From: Candidatus Hydrogenedentota bacterium
GTDB taxonomy: Bacteria; Hydrogenedentota; Hydrogenedentia; Hydrogenedentales; JAEUWI01
NCBI GenBank assembly: GCA_034669905.1
Contig: JAXMOL010000037.1
Location: 1 to 64,000, forward strand
DNA length: 64,000 nt
Reading direction: 5' to 3'
Positions 59,910 to 64,000 of this stretch are shown piece after piece. Position 1 is the first letter of the stretch; each line of letters opens with the position of its first letter. The position numbers were made by a program, and so were the translations under genes. The notes beneath the pieces were generated by a model that made no database searches, was not told where the DNA came from, and was given only the letters and a program-made list of their open reading frames with translations.

Positions 59910-60983
59910 TTATTTCGTGTGCCCGAGAATGGCCTCTTCCTCAAAGCTGGCGAGCATGACGGTCTTGCGCACATCCGTGGTGTAGACCACGTAGATGGTG
60001 CCGTCTTTCGCCTGGATGGCCATGGGGTAGGCATAGGTGTTCTTCATGTCCGTGCCGATGTCCCGCTTGTGGGGCCACGTCTTGTCGTTATCCTCGGAGA
60101 TGGCAATCGTCAGGGGATTGCGGTCGTTCATGTTGTCGTTGTAGGCCAGGAGCAGGTGGCCGTTCTGCAGCTTGATGAAGCTCACCGCCGCATTGGGGTT
60201 GGGGAACTGGGAGTCTTCGCCCTTGCTCCAGGTCATGCCGCCATCGTGGGATTCCGCGCGAATCATGTAGCGCGTCGTGCTGGGCTCGTAGTCACCCGCC
60301 ACCCGGCAATAGGCAATCAGGTAGTCGTCCGTAATCTGCACCGGCTCGGGCTGGAGGTTACCGATCTTCGAGTAGATCCGCTTCGTCGGGGTCCAGGTCC
60401 GCGTCTTGGGATCGTGGACGAGGAAGAAGGACGCCGTTTCGGCGGTCATCTGTTCCCGATCGCTGCCGGCTTCATGGTAGACGGGGAGGAGATAGTTACC
60501 ATTGTTCAAGACGATGGGACGTCCCCGGGCCATGGTACCCATTTCAAAATCGAGGACCATGGAGTCGGACCAGGTCTTGGCACCGTCTTCGGAAATTTTG
60601 GCCTTGATGCGGGTTTCCGACCAGGTGTCGCCGTAGCGCTGCACGTAGAAAAGCCAGACCAGGCCATCGGGGGCCTGCCACACGATGCCATTGCCTTCAC
60701 CCCGGAAGGGCGTATCGGCCAGAAGTTGGGGGTCGGACCACGTTGTCTCGCCCTTCTTGCGACGGATGCCATAGACCTTGGATTCGTCTTCATATTCGCC
60801 GCCACCACCATAGTAGGTGATGAAGAGATCGCCGTTGTCGAGTTCGGTGATACAGGCGGGGTGCTTGTATTCACCCGGGTACTCGGTGCCGATGACCTTT
60901 TCGATTTTGACGTCATCGGCCGCATGGGTGGATAGGGCGCACAGGCTTAGCGCGAGGGCGGTGAGGAGGGGGGCAGGCCTCAT
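59910..60983 (-). CDS. BNR/Asp-box sialidase-like beta-propeller protein
   Basis: Signal peptide; Asp-boxes SEDGAKTW, SHDGGMTW, SEDNDKTW; YAYP. Confidence 0.85.
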   Translation of the reverse strand: MRPAPLLTALALSLCALSTHAADDVKIEKVIGTEYPGEYKHPACITELDNGDLFITYYGGGGEYEDESKVYGIRRKKGETTWSDPQLLADTPFRGEGNGIVWQAPDGLVWLFYVQRYGDTWSETRIKAKISEDGAKTWSDSMVLDFEMGTMARGRPIVLNNGNYLLPVYHEAGSDREQMTAETASFFLVHDPKTRTWTPTKRIYSKIGNLQPEPVQITDDYLIAYCRVAGDYEPSTTRYMIRAESHDGGMTWSKGEDSQFPNPNAAVSFIKLQNGHLLLAYNDNMNDRNPLTIAISEDNDKTWPHKRDIGTDMKNTYAYPMAIQAKDGTIYVVYTTDVRKTVMLASFEEEAILGHTK

Positions 60984-61210
60984 GGGGATAATTCCTTTTC
61001 TAGTGTTAAGGTTAAAAACGATGAAACCTCATGATACGGTCTGAACTGGCGGGAGCGCAATGCAGGGAAATTGCTGAAAAGCAGCCGCGCGTGCGCAGCA
61101 TCAAGATTATGGCGCCTCGACCCCTCGTCTTTCCGGCCGTTTAGGAGTAGGATAGAAGACAGGACGTGTTGTTGCGGCAGTCAAATGATAGACAATCCAA
61201 GGAGAAGATC

Positions 61211-61912
61211 ATGGATATCGCAGGACAGAAAGTATTGGTAACGGGCGGCAGTGCGGGCATTGGCAAGGCCACGGCGGCGGCCTTGGTGGCGGCGGGGTGT
61301 AAGGTGGTCATCAACGGCCGTAATGAAGAGAGCCTGAAGGCGGCGGCAGCGGAACTGGGTTGCGTGGGTATTGCAGGGGACGTGGGGGAGGAGGCCGACG
61401 CCAAACGCATTGTCTCTGAAACGGTGGACCAACTGGGCGGTATCGACGTGTTGGTGAATAACGCGGGCTTTGGGCGTTTTGGCATGTTGGTCGAGCTGGA
61501 GGCCCACGATATGGAAACGGTGTGGCGGACCAATGTGCTGGGAGCCATGTTCATGGGACGGGAAGTGGCCAAGCGATTGGTGGAGCAGTGTTCCGGCACG
61601 ATTATTAATATTGCCTCCACGGCCGCAACCAAGGGATTCGCCGGGGGCACGGCTTATGCCTCCTCCAAGTTTGCCCTTCGCGGCATGAGTGAATGCTGGC
61701 GGGAAGAACTGCGCCGTCACGATGTGCGGGTCGTGCTGATTAATCCGAGTGAGGTCATCACCGAATTCGCTTCTCGTGCAGGACTGAATCAGGAAGCGTC
61801 GGAGAAGAAACTCCAGCCCGAAGAGATCGCCCATGCGGTCGTGTCCGCCATCGCAATGGATCCGCGCGGATTTGTGTCGGAGCTGACGGTGATTGCGACG
61901 AATCCCTTTTAG
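61211..61912 (+). CDS. SDR-family oxidoreductase
   Basis: TGGSAGIG, NNAG, YASSK; AAGGAG RBS. Confidence 0.93.
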   Translation: MDIAGQKVLVTGGSAGIGKATAAALVAAGCKVVINGRNEESLKAAAAELGCVGIAGDVGEEADAKRIVSETVDQLGGIDVLVNNAGFGRFGMLVELEAHDMETVWRTNVLGAMFMGREVAKRLVEQCSGTIINIASTAATKGFAGGTAYASSKFALRGMSECWREELRRHDVRVVLINPSEVITEFASRAGLNQEASEKKLQPEEIAHAVVSAIAMDPRGFVSELTVIATNPF

Positions 61913-62088
61913 GGGGTTGTTAAACCACGAATGCACACGAATTTACACGAATAGTGTGTTACTCCGTTTTTTCAGGACAGCTAGTTGTCGTGTCTCGGAA
62001 CCAAGCGCACGCCTATGATGGGCCACCGGCTCAGTGGCCCATTCGAAGAATGGAACGAGGTGGGGCATCCCCCGCTATACCTGGAGCG

Positions 62089-63786
62089 ATGATGAACATG
62101 CCTGCCAATTGGGTAAAAGGGTGGACGGTTGGGGCCTTCGCCCTTGTATTGGTTTTCGCGGGCTACGCCGATGAGGTGGAGCCCGCCGATAGTCCGCAGG
62201 AGTATGTCACCCAGGACCCCATCGGAAGCGCCTTCGTCCAACTCTTTGACAGCAGCGTGGCCGAAACCTCGCCGTACGGGCACCACGAGCTAATTGTCAT
62301 TCCCATCGATATCAATCAAGATGGCCTTTTGGACGTTATGGTTTCTGCCAATTTCTACCGCAACGGGAAGCAGGGGCAGATGTGGCGCGTTTTCTTTCGG
62401 GTTGATGAAGGCTACGTTAGCTTGGATGGTGAGTTGTTCAGGAAAAACGGCACTTACAAGGGTATGGGGCTAATTCAATTTTATTACGAAACTGTGCGCG
62501 TGCGACCAGACCCGGACAGTCGTTCCACTTCCTTCTATGCGGTGGGCAATGGCGGTGGCGGATTGGGTCTTCTGGAAGGTACGCGAATCTGGAAATCGGG
62601 CATGGAGCAGCAAGCCATTGCCTTACTGGAACGGCAAGACGAGGAAGATGATGCCCGAATTGCATCATTGGGGGACCGATTCAACGGCCTCGAATCCCAG
62701 GTCTATTTCGTGGACTTCGGCCCCCTCCAGGCGCGTTACGCGGCCCAGCTGCATCGTAAGCCCAAGAAGGGGATGGATGAATCGTTCCGTAACCGCCACC
62801 ACGCCTTTTATGGAGACCGGTATCTAAAAACGGTGGACGAGGCCTACGCCTTGCTCGATGGGAAATCGGCGGATTTGTCGGATGGGCACGCTGATTCGGC
62901 AAGGCAAGCGTCCATCTTTGACGATGCCGACGCGGCTCTTGCGCACTATTTGAAAGACGATCAGGGGAATTGGCGACCGGTGCCCGTGGAACCCCTTCTT
63001 GGAAGGTTTGATGAGGAAGAACTTGCGGCACGTCTTTACACTCGGATGGAGCACGCCGAGAGGAACGAGCAGTCCGCCGTAGCAAGCACACTCGCAGCAA
63101 TCGCAGCGAACAGCACCGACCCTGCCATTCGGCAGCGATTTGTGGAGCGGGCGCTGTCCGCTGGATGGGGTGGGTATGACGACACAACGACATGGGCGTT
63201 GATCAGGCCATTCAAGAATAGCGATTTCAATGACGCGTCCAAGGCCCACGTGCTGCGTATTTTGGAAGCATCAAAATCCGAAACCCACCCCTATGTCATC
63301 GGACGCGGTGTGGCGCGATGGGTTGGGCTTCTGGGGCTTGAAGAGGCTATCCCGACTCTCCGGGAGATAAACGCGGTGCAGCGGGGAATCGAACACAGAC
63401 GTTGGAACCCGCTATTTCAGCGCACGGCCCTGATCGCTCTCGGTCGGCTGGGTGACCCCGAGGCCGTTCGAGAGATGATCGCATGCGTCGAGGAAATGGA
63501 TACGCCCCGGTATCGGGCACTTTCTCTCCAGCGCCTGGCCCTGCTGCGCACGCCCGAGACAGTCGCCTACCTGAAGGGGTATTTGTTCAGTGATGGGACG
63601 TTTGACGAAATGGGTACGAGTTGGCTACCGGTCAGCGAGGCCCAGTGTGCCGCCGATACGCTTGCGGCGATCCTGGAGGGATTTCCCGAGGAGGGGCTGG
63701 ATGCACAGCGGCAGTGGATGGAGGCCCAGACGGAATTCGTGTTTAAACCGAAGGGCAGCGAAGGGGCTTTCGTGGGGATTCATTGA
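62089..63786 (+). CDS. Secreted hypothetical protein with a DxNxDG motif and HEAT-like C-terminal repeats
   Basis: Signal peptide; DINQDGLLD; ALIALGRLGDPEAV. Confidence 0.7.
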   Translation: MMNMPANWVKGWTVGAFALVLVFAGYADEVEPADSPQEYVTQDPIGSAFVQLFDSSVAETSPYGHHELIVIPIDINQDGLLDVMVSANFYRNGKQGQMWRVFFRVDEGYVSLDGELFRKNGTYKGMGLIQFYYETVRVRPDPDSRSTSFYAVGNGGGGLGLLEGTRIWKSGMEQQAIALLERQDEEDDARIASLGDRFNGLESQVYFVDFGPLQARYAAQLHRKPKKGMDESFRNRHHAFYGDRYLKTVDEAYALLDGKSADLSDGHADSARQASIFDDADAALAHYLKDDQGNWRPVPVEPLLGRFDEEELAARLYTRMEHAERNEQSAVASTLAAIAANSTDPAIRQRFVERALSAGWGGYDDTTTWALIRPFKNSDFNDASKAHVLRILEASKSETHPYVIGRGVARWVGLLGLEEAIPTLREINAVQRGIEHRRWNPLFQRTALIALGRLGDPEAVREMIACVEEMDTPRYRALSLQRLALLRTPETVAYLKGYLFSDGTFDEMGTSWLPVSEAQCAADTLAAILEGFPEEGLDAQRQWMEAQTEFVFKPKGSEGAFVGIH

Positions 63787-63933
63787 CGTTGTTGGCGGGA
63801 AAATCAGCGCTCCTGAAGGGCGCGGGTGCGTGTTTTGTCACCCACAAGCTCCGTCGTTCCTCCTCCGCTTGAGGGTGGCACCCGGAAATATGGGGATTGA
63901 ATCCAAAGCAGCCCCCGGCAGTCCCCGGGCCGC

Positions 63934-64000
63934 TCAGGCCAGGTCTTCCAGCTGCACGGCACCGAATTGTTCTTCGCAGAGGGCGCGGTAGGGGCCGTCT
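63934..64000 (-). CDS. Partial 3' end of a gene, possibly an ABC exporter
   Basis: Reads DGPYRALCEEQFGAVQLEDLA*, resembling the G.Y..L...QF tail of MsbA-like proteins. Confidence 0.4.
   Translation of the reverse strand, partial: DGPYRALCEEQFGAVQLEDLA

Overview
GC-rich bacterial chromosomal window. The gene mix (Tat-exported sulfatase and glycosidases, FtsA, Mfd, stand-alone rpsD, pilin, EF-hand-like inserts) suggests a Hydrogenedentota/PVC-like lineage; this is inference only. It holds about 50 CDSs: housekeeping genes (tkt, glgP, ftsA, rpsD, purA, mfd, galM), carbohydrate-active enzymes, two ABC loci, HAD/MBL/SDR enzymes, and one IS200/IS605-type Y1 (HUH) transposase next to a dense REP-like cluster. 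I recognised no rRNA, tRNA or CRISPR array. At least seven short-repeat families occupy the intergenic spaces. Main observations: (1) an unannotated, self-contained transcription unit for a 30-aa Phe-rich amphipathic peptide (34233-34325), directly downstream of a PDZ lipoprotein with a broken HExxH motif; (2) three accessory exported-protein genes, each bracketed by diverged direct repeats that include a gene 3' end plus REP-like DNA, one of them sitting behind a copy of the transposase's own REP/promoter/RBS leader; (3) ftsA outside the dcw cluster, behind a large acidic coiled-coil gene. Start codons were refined by eye and no database searches were run.
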